The notes below the pieces were generated by a model. That model ran no database searches, had not been told where the DNA came from, and saw only the letters and a list, made by a program, of their open reading frames with translations. A DNA stretch of 64,000 bases from Eledone cirrhosa. Taxonomy: Eukaryota. A program made the translations under genes and the position numbers. Where the stretch lies: the NCBI GenBank assembly GCA_964016885.1, contig OZ024741.1, positions 51,832,001 through 51,896,000 of the forward strand, in the 5' to 3' direction. Positions 1 through 13,000 of this stretch are shown in pieces (positions within the stretch are counted from its first letter, which is position 1; each line of letters opens with the position of its first letter).

Positions 1-385
1 ACATTTCATCTAGATCAATTCAGTCTCTAATCAGTTGAGTAAGAACTCTTTCTGTGACTTTCATGACCTGGTCAACTAACTTAATCACCTTATAGTTTCC
101 TCTATCCAGGGCATCTCCTTTGCCCTTGTAACGTTTGACGATGATGATGCTACACTAGTCATTTGGTATGACCCCATTCTGTATTACTTGGTTTACTATC
201 TGGGAGTTCTCTACTACCCCCATCCTGCCATTCTTTCCAAGTCTCTGTTTTGCCCTTGATGGACTTCTCCACCTTACTGTTCCACCACCCTGTCACTCTC
301 CTCATACCTAACTGTCTGCTCCAGCCAGATTTCATCAGTTGCCTTCATCAGGTTAACTTTCAGGAATTCCCACTGTTCCTCTATA
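1..385 (-). mobile_element. RTE-clade LINE internal fragment (degenerate)
   Basis: Minus strand resembles the RTE copies at 21.5-22.3 kb: KGKGDAL..GNY...KL.DQVMKV at 30-130 and ..[16 protein letters not shown]...VTGWWN at 270-385. Confidence 0.75.
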
Positions 386-456
386 TTGTATATATATATA
401 TATATATATATAAACCCATGGTAGCGTGGAAGATGGACGTTAAACGATGATGATGA

Positions 457-491
<35 letters not shown>

Positions 492-656
492 TAAAAGAAT
501 CAGGAACCTGATGTCTGAACTGATCTAGCTGTCGAAACAGCAGGAGCTCAGCTGTCGGGTTCCGGACTCTTTTCCCTATTACCCACTCTACTACCCTAAG
601 TATCGAGTACTCTGGTGCCTTATGGTCCACCTGGTATCTTACCACACCATCTTTGT

Positions 657-731
<75 letters not shown>

Positions 732-1084
732 GTGTGTGTGTGTCTGTATATGTATATATGTGTGTGTATATATATGTGTGTGTGTATATGTATATATATA
801 TGTGTGTATATGTATATATGTGTGTATATATATATATGTGTGTGTGTGTGTATATATATATGGATATATATGTGTATGTATATATATTTGTATATATATA
901 TATATACGTGTATATATGTGTGTGTGTATTTATATATGTGTGTGTGTATATATATATATGTGTGTGTATATATGTGTGTATGTATATATATATATATATA
1001 TATACATGTATATATATGTGTGTGTGTATTTATATGTGTATATATATGTGTATATATATGTGTGTGTGTATATATATATATGTA
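657..1084. repeat. (TA)n/(TG)n compound microsatellite
   Basis: Read directly; source of the YI/CV/TH pseudo-ORFs. Confidence 0.97.
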
Positions 1085-1203
1085 TGGGTTCAACTAGAAA
1101 AGCTCAAACTTTATTCTCTCCAACACCTCCATGAACGCTACATTATCTGCATGATGTGGAAAATTTCCTCACATAAAAAATCTTCAAGCATAGGCATCAC
1201 TTG
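1085..1203 (+). mobile_element. CR1/L2-group LINE ORF2 3' fragment
   Basis: [27 protein letters not shown] matches the YW.RL..LK.YS.ERR.ERY.II..WK motif of ORF2 at about 6150-6230; also homologous to 32480-32570 (-). Confidence 0.75.
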
Positions 1204-1644
1204 ATATGTGACACTTTTTGTGAAACATGTTATTGCTGGCCACAGGGAAGTCCCTAGCAGGACTAAATAGCTACATCCGTGATGCCCATGGTTAAGTATC
1301 AATCAATGGCATCGCTTAAAATCTAGTTGCAGCCATCACCATCATGTGTGTGTGTGTATATGCATAAATGCCTATATATATATATATAAAACATTAATTG
1401 AAAAGGTTCCAGGCGATAAGTGTATATGAATATTTGTAAAGTTGGAGTATTCTCATAGCGAGGGGTAGCCGTAAACAGCGGGAACCTACAAAAAATTCTT
1501 TATAACATATTAATTCATAACAACCTATATGTATTGAGCACACTAACCTTCTCTATACTGACTAGTAATCTGTATAACTAATCACCTTTCTCTCCTCTTG
1601 ATTAGCTTACTTGCTTTTTACCTTGTATATATATATATATATAT

Positions 1645-1925
1645 CATCATCATCATCATCATCATCATCATCTTCGTTTAACGTCTATTTTCCACGCTAG
1701 CATGGGTTAGACGGGAGTTGTCCCACTTGAGGCAAGGCTGGTCGGGTGACCGTGTCTTGCTCATATAGGACTATCTGGCAGGTTTCCTACGGCTGGATGC
1801 CCTTCCTAACACCAACCACATTTACAGTGTGGAACTGGGAACTTTTTACCATGTTACCTACACGACCACATTACAGCGTGGACTGTGTGTGTTTTTTTGT
1901 CGTGACACCTACACGATCTCGATCT
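1645..1925 (-). mobile_element. RTE 3' UTR / RTE-tailed SINE with (ATG)n tail
   Basis: Near reverse complement of 54660-54918 (GGAAGGGCATCCAGC...AACCCATGCTAGC...GACGTTAAACGATGATG). Related copies at 412-460, 19705-19975, 25800-25960 and 49970-50100. Confidence 0.8.
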
Positions 1926-2113
1926 TATTTTCTCATGCTATATATATATTCATTTAGGTTTGTAGGCTCAACACTCGATAGAACTGGTCATTCTGTATGG
2001 CGGCCACCCGGACTGGCAACTGCTAATTTTTTGGCTGCCTTCTCGTCTTGGGCATCTCTCTGCTTTTCAGCCCCTTGGATTGTGTCTATTATATTCTTTT
2101 GTTAAATTTTGGA

Positions 2114-2171
2114 ATACCTGATGATGTCACTGGATTCATACTGAACCAGGTCATTGAAATGTTCATAGTAT
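2114..2171 (+). ncRNA. Minimal type I hammerhead ribozyme in a short repeat (about 1950-2220)
   Basis: atac-CTGATGA(2118-2124)-stem II (tggattca/tgaacca)-GAAA(2156-2159)-tgttc-ATA-gtat. A homologous copy lies at 50192-50246 (-). Confidence 0.6.
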
Positions 2172-2317
2172 AATAAACCTTTAAGGAATTACACCGGTCC
2201 AGCCTCCTGTTATTTTATAATCATCATCATCATCATTATCTTCATCATAAGACCATAATATATATATAACATCGTAAACTTACAGTTTGTGAAAATATAT
2301 ATATATACTATATATAT

Positions 2318-2421
<104 letters not shown>

Positions 2422-2454
2422 TATATATATATTTTCACAAACTGTAAGTTTACG

Positions 2455-3627
2455 ATGTTAAAGAAAGCAGCAGCTTTCTTGAATGATGGTGTTCAAGTTG
2501 AGCTCACAAAATCAAACCTCACCAACTGGATTATAACAAGGATTGAAAACTTCCTCCCGGAGACTTGCAAAATGTGTGACAAACAGTACTGCATTACATT
2601 TGGCCAAAAACCAGCTTTGGCATGCTTCATCTGTGGACAAGGAATACACGAAGCGTGCTACTTAAAAAAGATAAATAACCACACCATTCCAGATATTCTA
2701 GGCCTACACTGGCTATGCGGTTATTGTTCACCAAGGGCCACAATAACGAATGACCCTAGGACCCTACCACAGACAGGCCGTTCTAAACAGACATTGATTG
2801 GCGAAACTGACATGGCAAATAAATCCTGCCACACACAGGCCATCCAAGTGCCTCTTGTAAATGACAAGAATGAAGACAATGACATGCAAACACCTACAAA
2901 ACAAGAAACAGGAGATCCTGTAGAAAAAGACCAAACTTCCCACAAAAAGAAACAGATTCAGAGCAAACGCTCAAATGAAGAAAGGCCAGTATGTATCCAT
3001 TACAGGAGCAACAAGTGCAAACATGGTCTTTCAGGTAAAGGGTGCACATACAGTCACCCCAAACCATGCAAACCATATATCAACTTCGGTACTGATCGAA
3101 AAAAAGGATGCCAAAATGGCCAAGAATGTGAACTCCTTCACCCAAAGATGTGCCGCAATTCACTGAGAAAAAAAGAATGTTTTGACGAGAATTGCAAATT
3201 TATGCACCGGAAGGGTACAATTCGCATAAAACCTACTGAACCCACACCACCAGGACCAAGCTCAGCAGGGTATGAAAACCATTTCCCAAAAATGCAGAAA
3301 CCAGGTCATGGCTCAACAGTGAATGAAAATCATACTACTCAATTGCACACATCAGCTGTAACAAACCCAAACTCGCAGAAATTCGATACAGTAATGAATG
3401 AAAGCAGTTTTTTAGGCATAATCTACCAACTACAACAACAGCTGTACTCCATACAGATGACTCAGCAAAACCAGGCAACATTGATACAAAGGCTGACACC
3501 TGGACTTACAGGGCACATACAACAAATACAGACAGCCCAGCAGACCGAATATCCAGTCAGCACAGTCCCAGCAACTACAACAGTCTTGCCAACAATAGGG
3601 CAGATGTATCCGGTACAACAAGCATAA
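2455..3627 (+). CDS. LINE ORF1: PHD-type finger, three CCCH zinc fingers, Q-rich coiled coil
   Basis: CKMC..CFIC.GQGIHEAC..WLCGYC (PHD-like); CIHYRSNKCKHGLSGKGCTYSH, CKPY..GCQNGQECELLH and CRNSLRKKECFDENCKFMH (CCCH). The ATG is only about 25 nt from the (TA)n tract, so the N-terminus may be truncated. Confidence 0.85.
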   Translation: MLKKAAAFLNDGVQVELTKSNLTNWIITRIENFLPETCKMCDKQYCITFGQKPALACFICGQGIHEACYLKKINNHTIPDILGLHWLCGYCSPRATITNDPRTLPQTGRSKQTLIGETDMANKSCHTQAIQVPLVNDKNEDNDMQTPTKQETGDPVEKDQTSHKKKQIQSKRSNEERPVCIHYRSNKCKHGLSGKGCTYSHPKPCKPYINFGTDRKKGCQNGQECELLHPKMCRNSLRKKECFDENCKFMHRKGTIRIKPTEPTPPGPSSAGYENHFPKMQKPGHGSTVNENHTTQLHTSAVTNPNSQKFDTVMNESSFLGIIYQLQQQLYSIQMTQQNQATLIQRLTPGLTGHIQQIQTAQQTEYPVSTVPATTTVLPTIGQMYPVQQA

Positions 3628-6611
3628 TAACAGCAAATATCCAGGGTCTTTATCCGAAAACAAAACAGTGTAAAGTCCCTTTCTTGGAAGAATTAGCAAC
3701 AGAAAACAACTCCAAAATAATTGGAATTACTGAAAGTCATCTCAACGAAAACATCCGCAACAGTGAAATCTCAATCAATGGATTCAACATCTTCAGATGT
3801 GATAGACAAGGCAGATCCCATGGGGGCGTTATCATGTATATCCATGATACCTATGCATGCATAGAACTTGTCAATGAATCAAATGCCTACTGCAACCTGC
3901 TGTGCATAAAAATCATCCAACTTAATACAGTTGTAACAATAATGTACAGACCGCCAAACAGCCCAACATTATCCTTCACTGAGCCACTGACAAAGCTCCA
4001 ACAAATTCTGGGAAACATGGCGAGTCCAATGCCAGACATTATCCTCCTTGGTGATTTCAACTTCCCTAACATCATCTGGCCACATGGATACATACTAAAA
4101 CTGGGGACAAAAGCTGAACAAATACAGGCAGCCAAACTGTTGGAAGTCACAGAGAAATTATACCTCAAACAAATGATGACAGAAGCAACTAGAAATAATA
4201 ATACGATCGACTTGGTTTTCACCAACAAGGACACGCTATTTGACCTTCACTCAACCCCAACAATCCTTTCAGACCACAATATTATTGAAATGCATTTACA
4301 CATTGGTAATGAGCCCAATGCCACAACTCTTAAACAAAAGGACATGCCAAAGCTATGCAGGTATGATTATCACCAGGCAAATTGGGAAACTATTAACAAC
4401 CAGTTACAAATCATTGACTGGGATCTCTACCTTACTGGGCCAGATAAACACAAGAAATTCTTAAACAAGATCGAAGAAATATGTGCAAAAAATATTCCTC
4501 TTAAGAAAACCAAATCCACAAAAAAACCTGTACCACGGGAGCGAAAGATCCTGATGCGCAAAAGGTCAAGACTAAGAAACAAAACATCTAAGCTGACATC
4601 AAAACATGAACTACAGAAAGTCCTTGACCAAATATACAGATTAGAAGACAATCTAAAACAACACTATGATGAAGAACGTAACAATGCAGAAAAGAGAGCC
4701 ATAGAAAACATCAAGAAAAATCCAAAATGTTTCTACAGTTTTGCAAAGAAATACTCGAATACCAAGTCAACAATAGGACCTCTCCAGAGACAAAATGGGG
4801 ATGTAGTGAATAACCCTATTGAAATGGCAGAAATGTTGGGTCAACAGTATGAAAGTGTCTTCAGTGAGCCATCTAAAACCATGAAGATCCATGACCCAGG
4901 AGAATTCTTCAAGGATATCGACCATATTAAACCTACCCTATCCGACATTGATTTCAACCCAGAAGACATAGAAAGAGCCATAGACAAGCTCTCCATGCAC
5001 TCAGCTGCGAGGCTTGATGGTTTCAATGCCATGATACTTAAAAACTGCAAGGTACAATTGTTGAAACCCCTTTACATGATATGGAAGGAATCTATGGAGA
5101 ATGGCAAAATACCAAATACATATAAAGAAGCACACATAACTCCAATACATAAAGGGGACAGCAAATCAAAACCAAAGAACTACCGACCAATCTCACTGAC
5201 ATCACACATTATCAAGGTCTTCGAAAGAATAGTTCGTGGAAAACTGGTTGAGTTCCTGGAATCCAACAATCTGATGAATTGCAATCAGCATGGATTCAGG
5301 TTAGATATATCATGTCTTTCCCAACTACTGGCACACCATGACCAAATCCTAGAAAATCTAGAGAATGGATACAACACCGATGTTATTTACCTCGACTTTG
5401 CCAAGGCATTTGACAAGGTAGATCATGGCATCCTGGGACACAAACTTCGAAAGCTAGGAGTAGGAGGAAAAGTTGGTACATGGATACATGAGTTCCTTAC
5501 AAATAGAACTCAAACAGTCACTGTGAATGGAACCCATTCAACACCATCACCTGTGACCAGCAGTGTTCCTCAGGGTACAGTACTCGGCCCGATCCTGTTT
5601 CTCATCCTCATCTCTGACATAGCTGAAGATACAACCAGCAACGTCTCATCCTTTGCTGATGACACCAGGGTCATGAGACAAATCAAAGACGAGGTGGATA
5701 CAGAGGCCTTACAAAAGGATCTAACCACCATATACAAATGGCAGGAAACAAACAACATGTTGTTCAATGATAAGAAGTTTGAACTAATTCGCTACGGAAC
5801 AGATCAAGATCTGAAAAATACAACAAACTACAGAAACCCATCAGGATAACAAATAATGGAAAAACAGTGTGTGAAAGATTTAGGCATCCACATGGGAACC
5901 AGCCTAAAATTCAGAGAACACCTTGACTCAGTCTGTCTTACTGCAAGAAAATACAGCGGGTGGATCTTGCGCACCTTCAAATCAAGAGATACCTCAACAA
6001 TGAAAACCCTCTGGAACAGTATGATACTTCCGAGGATTGACTACTGTTCTCAGTTGTGGTCACCAACAACAAAGGGCCAACTATCTAAGATGGAATCGCT
6101 CCAAAGAAATTTTACCTCATACTTCTCAGAAACGAGGGACCTGGACTATTGGCAAAGACTCAAAACCTTGAAGATGTACTCAATAGAAAGAAGATTTGAG
6201 CGTTACCGAATTATATACATTTGGAAAATGATAGAGCAAAAGGTGCCAAACTTTGGTATCAAAACCTACCACTCACTGCGCCACGGAAGACGCTGCCAGC
6301 TACCACCAATCAACAAAAAGGCTGGCCAGGCAGCAAAAACCCTGCGAGAATCAAGTCTGTTGGTTCGAGGGGCACAACTATTCAACTCCATTCCGGTACA
6401 TGTCAGAAATCTATCAGGATGCAGTGTGGAATCATTCAAATTGCAGCTGGATAGATACTTAAGCACCATTAGAGATGAACTCCATCTCCCAGGATATACA
6501 CAACGAGCACAAACTGACTCAAACTCGCTCCTACACATGTCAAAATTAAACAGAGAATCCAACCTGGCAACTACACCAGACTCTGAGGGTGGAGTCTTCG
6601 ACTTGGCCTGA
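3600..6611 (+). pseudogene. LINE ORF2 (APE endonuclease + reverse transcriptase) with one in-frame stop at 5847-5849
   Basis: ANIQG, ITESHL, YRPP, GDFN, IDLVF, SDH (APE); NYRPISLTS, QHGFR, YLDFAKAFDKV, VPQGTVLGP, FADD (RT). ORFs 3684-5849 and 5856-6611 share a frame, and that frame stays open upstream into the ORF1 end. Confidence 0.92.
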
Positions 6612-6646
6612 GCATGGACTCAAACTCAAATGAAATGAAATGAAAT

Positions 6647-6683
<37 letters not shown>

Positions 6684-6954
6684 AACCGAGATACTACAAA
6701 ATAGCTTAAAAGCTATATATTTCTATATATATATATAGCTTTTAAGCTATTTTGTAGTATCTCTGTTCATGAGCACACCACTTATATTAAATTTATCTCC
6801 TCGGAGCTTTGTAAAAGTCTGAGAGATTGGCTACATATATGTTTTACATTTCTTTTTTGTATTTAGATGGAAGACAAAACAAAGACCACGAAGACAAAAC
6901 AAAGAAGAAGATGAATACATAGATGAAGAAAAGAAAGATAAAGATGAAGAACCT

Positions 6955-7503
6955 CACCACAGCGCACCACACTGCAGCACACCGCACTGCATTGCACCAC
7001 ACCACACCATACCACACTGCACTGCACAACATCACACTGCACCACACCACATAAGAACACACCACACTACACCACACCACATAAGAACACACCACACTAC
7101 TCCACACCACATAAGAACATACCACACTACTCCACACCACATAAGAACACACAACACTACACCACATCACATAAGAACACACCACACTACTCCACACCAC
7201 ATATGAGCATACCACACTACTCCACACCACATAAGAACACACAACACTATACCACACCACATAAAAACACACCACACTACTCCACACCACATAGCACCAC
7301 AACACAACACACCACACCTCACTACATCACACCACATAAGAACACACAAAACTACTCCACACCACATAAGAACACACCACACTACTCCACACCACATAGC
7401 ACCACAACACAACACACCACTCCTCACTACATCACACCACATAAGAACACACAACACTACTCCACACCACATAAAAACACACCACACTACATAACACCCA
7501 CCA
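6955..7503. repeat. (CACCA)n-derived minisatellite, about 30-bp unit
   Basis: Tandem ACCACACTACTCCACACCACATAAGAACAC; related pentamer tracts at 8430-8760 and 9055-9125. Confidence 0.9.
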
Positions 7504-7504
7504 T

Positions 7505-8430
7505 TTTTTCCTCATCTTTTTTTCATGTGTTATCAACTAATCCAAACTCCAAGATGCTTGTTATTGACTTTCTCTTCATGGAAAACTTAGGTGGATGCAC
7601 TTCTCTCGTTTAACCCCAGAGTTTTCTCTAAGACTTTTCATATGTTATCACGAATATGACCTCCAAACCAGTTGGAAATGATTAGTTGTTCTAGAAAAAG
7701 GAGGGGTAAAGTGGGTGGAAAAACCATTGTCCTTTTGTACCCTAATGATTTTTCTGCGGTTTCCTTTTGTGTGCTATCAACTAATCTGACCTTTTAGTTG
7801 CTCTGAATCAATTTTTTTTCCTGGGATTTGGAAACTAAAACTAAATTAAACTTAAAATTAAATCTAGCTCCAACCCTAAACTCTAAATCTAAACCAAACC
7901 AAGCTAAATCTAAATATAAACTTAATCCCAGCCCTTAAACTAAAACCTAAACATTACCCCAACCTTAAAACGAAACCCTAAACTTTACCGCAAACCTAAA
8001 ACGAAACCCTAAACTTTACCCCAACCCTAAAACTAAACCCTAAACATTACCCCAACCCTAAACCTAACCCAGGGAAATAAGTTGATTGGAAGCATGTAGG
8101 AGGTCAGATTAGTTAATAGCACAGGAAATATACCGAAAATGATTAAGTCCCACAACATGTGAGTGGGGTGTAGATCTGCAAAACTCTTCCCCCCTCCCTC
8201 TCCTCTTTCTCCAAAGCTAGTTGTTTTTGACTGGTTTGGAAGTCATATTCACTGATAACGCATGAAAATAGAATCAAAGAGAATCAAAGAGAATCCGAGT
8301 AAGCAAGGGTTATCCAGGTGAAAGGGGGAACCACCTCACCTCGCCGTTTTCCTGGGGGGAAAAAGTCAGTTTCAAGCCTCTTGGAGGTTCGATTAGTTGA
8401 TAGCACATGAAAAATTGGATGAAAAAATTT
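7505..8430. repeat. Degenerate fold-back of about 900 bp around a telomere-like CCCTAA(A) core
   Basis: 7525-7575 pairs with 8365-8415, 7640-7685 with 8215-8265 and 7765-7820 with 8070-8125; AAACCCTAAA-rich centre at 7835-8070. Confidence 0.65.
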
Positions 8431-9122
8431 CACACCACACCACATCACACCACATCACATCACACCACATCACATCACATCACATCGCACCACATCACAT
8501 CACATCTCACCACACCACATCTCACCACACCACACCACATCTCACCACACCATACCACACCACATCTCACCACACCACATGCCACTACACCACATCATAC
8601 CACACTACATCCCACCACACTCCACTACATCATATCCCCCCCACCCTACATTGCACCACACTCCACTCCACCACACCACTGTCCACTACACTAAACTACA
8701 CTTCACTACCCTACACTACACTAGACTACACTCCGCTACACTACACCACACCACACCACTGTCTATTTGACTGTTTTCTATTTCGTAGGTATGTCCAGTT
8801 ACAGTAAGAGAAAGAAAGTTATTTCAAAGGATCTGAGTAAGTAAACACTTCATTGACCATCATTTAAAGCAGGATCTCAGTGTAGTTTTAAATTGACCTT
8901 TTCATATGATTACACCTCAGTCTTAACTTAATCACCTGTAGATGGATGCTACATGTAATGTTAAAATTAGTTAAACACTGTCTCCCCCTTCTCATCACAT
9001 GTGGATGCTACATGTGTATTGTTAACATTAATCTAATGTTGTGTTCCCCCCGCCTCACCATATCATACCACACCACATCACACCATGTTATACCACACCA
9101 GACCACATAACACCATGCTATA

Positions 9123-9161
<39 letters not shown>

Positions 9162-10019
9162 CTCCCCACCCGTTATATTAACTGTATCTCCTCGGTGTTT
9201 CGTGAAAGTCTGAGAGATCAGCTATATATTTGTTTACAATTTTTTTTATATTCAGATGAAAAAGAAGACGAAGCAGACGACTAAAATGAAAATGACAACA
9301 AAGACGAAGAAGACGCGGAAAATGAAGATGACGAAACGAAGAAGAAGAAGAAGAAGAAGAAGAAGGAGAAGAAGAAGAAGGTATGATTTCAGTTTAATCT
9401 TAACCTAATGACCAATAGATATGATTATATTTGTATATACTTTTGTTGATGTTTGAAATTGTTCTTTAGTTATGAAATAGCTTATAAGCTACATTATAGG
9501 ATCACAGTGCATGAGCACACTGCTCTTTAAATTAACTTTATCTCCTCAGCACTTTGTAAAGTCTGAGAGATAGGCAACATATATGTTTTACATTCTTTGT
9601 TTTTGGTATTTAGATGGCAGAGGAGAAGATAAAGGCACAGAAGAAGTCAAAGGCACAGAAGAAGACGAAGAAAATGAACAAGAAGAACAATTATTATTAC
9701 TATTATTATTGTTATTATTATTTGTATTATTATAATCAAACTAAGCCACACTATATCACCCTATACCATACCACACCACACTGACAAACATTATACCATA
9801 CCACATTATCCAACACAACACTACAAAACACTGTACGACCTCACATCAGACCAGGCTATGAAACAATATACCATACTATACTGTACAACAATAGACAACA
9901 CTACAAGCTCTATGAAACACTATACTTTACCCCACTATATCACACCACTCAAGTTAGAGAGGATCAACTTTTTTCCTGGAAAGTAGAAAACCAAACTTTA
10001 AGCTAAAACCGAACTTTAA

Positions 10020-13000
10020 AAATAACATTTACCCTAACAGATAACTTAGCGCTAACATGAAAATTAACACAAACGCAAACCTGAAAACAAACACTAAATA
10101 GAAAACTAACACAGATACTAACTTGAACACTAGCACTAAAACTGACACTAACACTAACCTGAACACCAGCAATAAAACTAACACTACCATAAACACTAAT
10201 ACAAACACTAACACAAACACTAATCTGAAAACATACTAACCAGAAAACTAAGCTAACATTAACCTCAACACTAACGCTAACAGAGATACTAACACAAATA
10301 TTAACACAAAAAAAAACACTAACACAATCTCTAACACTAACCTCAACACTAATACTAAAACTAACATTAACTTGAACACTAACTCTAACCTTAACACTAA
10401 CAATAAAACTAACATTAACTTGAACACTAACACTAACCTGAAAACTAAGCTAACATTAACCTGAACACTAACACAAACACTAATGCTAACACTAACAGAA
10501 ATACTAATGCTAACATTTACGCTAACATTAACACAAAAACAAAAACTAACGCTAACACAATCACTAACACTAATGGAAACATCAATCAATAATGCTAACA
10601 GAGATACTAACACAAATATTAACACAAACACAAATACTAACACTAACACAATCTCTAATACTAACCTTAACACTAAAACTAACATTAACACTAACATTAA
10701 CTTGAACACTAACACTACCATCAAAACTAACACTAAAACAAACACTAACACTAACCTGAACACTAACATTAACCTGAACACTAACACAAACACTAACATT
10801 AACACAAAAACAAAGATTAACGCTAACACAATCACTAACACTAATGGAAGCATTAACACAAAATCAAACACTAACACTAATGGAAACACTAACACTAACC
10901 CGAACACTAACACTCATAATAACCTGAACACTAATGCTAACAGAAATGCTAACACAAACACTAACATTAACAAAAAACAACAAAGACTAACACAATCACT
11001 AACACTAATGGAAACACTAACACAAACATTAACACAAAATCAAACACTAACACTAATGGAAAAAATAACACTAACACTAAATCTGACACTAACACCAGCA
11101 CTAAAACTAACACTACCGTAAACACTAACCTGAAAACTAGCACTAAAACTAACCTGAACACTAACACTATCCTGAATATTACCACTAAAACTAACACTAC
11201 TATAAACCACTAACCTGAGCGCTAACACTAAAAGTAACACGAGCCCTAACCTGAAAACTAACACTAACCAGAAAACTAAGTCAACATTAACCTGAACACT
11301 AACAGAAATGCTAACACAAACACTAACACTAACACTAACACAAAATCAAACACGAACACTAATGGAAACACTAACACTCATAATAACCTGAACACAAACA
11401 CTAACGCCAACGCTGACACTGACGAAGATGGCTATGCTGACATAAACGCTAACGCAAATGCTGACACAATCGGTTACGCTGATACAAACACTAACGTGAA
11501 TACTGATGCAGGTGCAAAGGCGAATGCTGACGAAGACTCTGACGCACACGCTGACTCAGGCGCTAACACAAACACTGATGCAAATGCTGACACAGACTCT
11601 AACGCTGACGTGGACACTGACACAAATGCTAACGCTGATGCAAATACTAAAGCAAATGCAGACACTAATGCAAACACTGGCGCAAGTGCTGATGCAGATG
11701 TAGCCACCGGAAATAACATCTGGGAAATATACAGCTCCATCTATCTGTTAGCTAGCTACCTCACCGCGAAACAAACAACCCTTAGAATCCACCAGAATAA
11801 AACGCCTACGCAGCGGCTAAACATCAAACGATTATTTCTGTATAAATAGAGTGGTCCCAAACACTTTCGCCAGTCGACTTTGGCAGAGCCAACTCGCGTA
11901 TCGTTGTTCCTCTCCTCTGCCACACTTGTCACTCACACACGCCTTGTACCTTGTATCATCGCTTCATGTGAAAATAAATAGCTGATCGAAACTACATCTC
12001 TCGCCTTGCTCGTCCTTTCAACTTGTGCTTTCGTCTGTTCATTCTTACCGTATGTGACAACAGTTCTTTTAAGGGCTATCTTCAGATCTGATCAGACCGT
12101 ATGCGATAACAGTCCTTCTAAGGGCTATTCTCGGATCTGATCAGAAGTAGTGACCAGACTGACTAACCACGTCGCTACACAGATGCTAAAGCAAAAGCAA
12201 ATGCTGACGCAAACGATGACAGCGATGCTAAAGTGAACCTTAACGCAGACGTAAACATTGACGTAGAAGCTAAAGGAAACACTGATGAAAACAGTAATGA
12301 AAATGTTGATGCAGACACTAATATAATCACTGACGCAGACGCTGACGCTGATGCAGATGTAAATAGAGACGCTGACACAGACACTAACGTAAACGCTAAC
12401 GTAGAAGCTATCTTAGATGCTGACGTAGAAGCTGACATAGAAGCTGACGTAGATGCTGACATAGAAGCTGACGTAGAAGCTAACAAAACGCTGACGTAGT
12501 TGTTAACGTAGATGCAGGCGTAGAAGTTAATGTTTACCCTTACCGCCGCAGCTGATCTCCAAAACGCAATTGCTGATGCGGATTGCTAAAGTCAAAGCTA
12601 ACGCTGACGCAAATGTTGAGGTAGTTTTGCCGGTGCTGAAGTGTATGCTGACGCTAACACAAATGCTGATGTGGACGCTAGGGCTAAGGCTAACGGTAAC
12701 GCTGACGCAAATCTTGAAGTTAACGCATACGCGGGATATGCAGACGCTGCAATGATGCGGACGCCACAGGAAAGGTTGATGGAAACGCTGACGCAGACGT
12801 TACGGAAACGCTGACGTAGAAGCTAACATAAATGCTGACACAGACGCTAACGTAAACGCTGACACAGACGCTAACATAAACGCTGACTCAGACGCTAACA
12901 TAAACGCTGACTCAGACGCTAACATAAACGCTGACACAGATGCTAAAGTAAACGCTGACACAGACGCTAACATAAACGCTGACTCAGACGCTAACATAAA

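Larger units (their letters stand above)
2431..6650 (+). mobile_element. Nearly intact two-ORF non-LTR retrotransposon (CR1/L2 group), probably 5'-truncated, (GAAAT)n tail
   Basis: ORF1 followed by an APE-RT ORF2, a short 3' UTR and (GAAAT)n at about 6628-6650; (TA)n on both sides. Confidence 0.92.

Noticed and set aside
615-1204. Long YI/CV/TH-rich ORFs (also at 29.5, 31.9, 44.7, 57.0 and 61.0 kb)
   Set aside because: Translations of (TA)n/(TG)n microsatellites, open in several frames on both strands.
7835-8070. True telomere array
   Set aside because: Highly degenerate and interstitial; few exact CCCTAA units.
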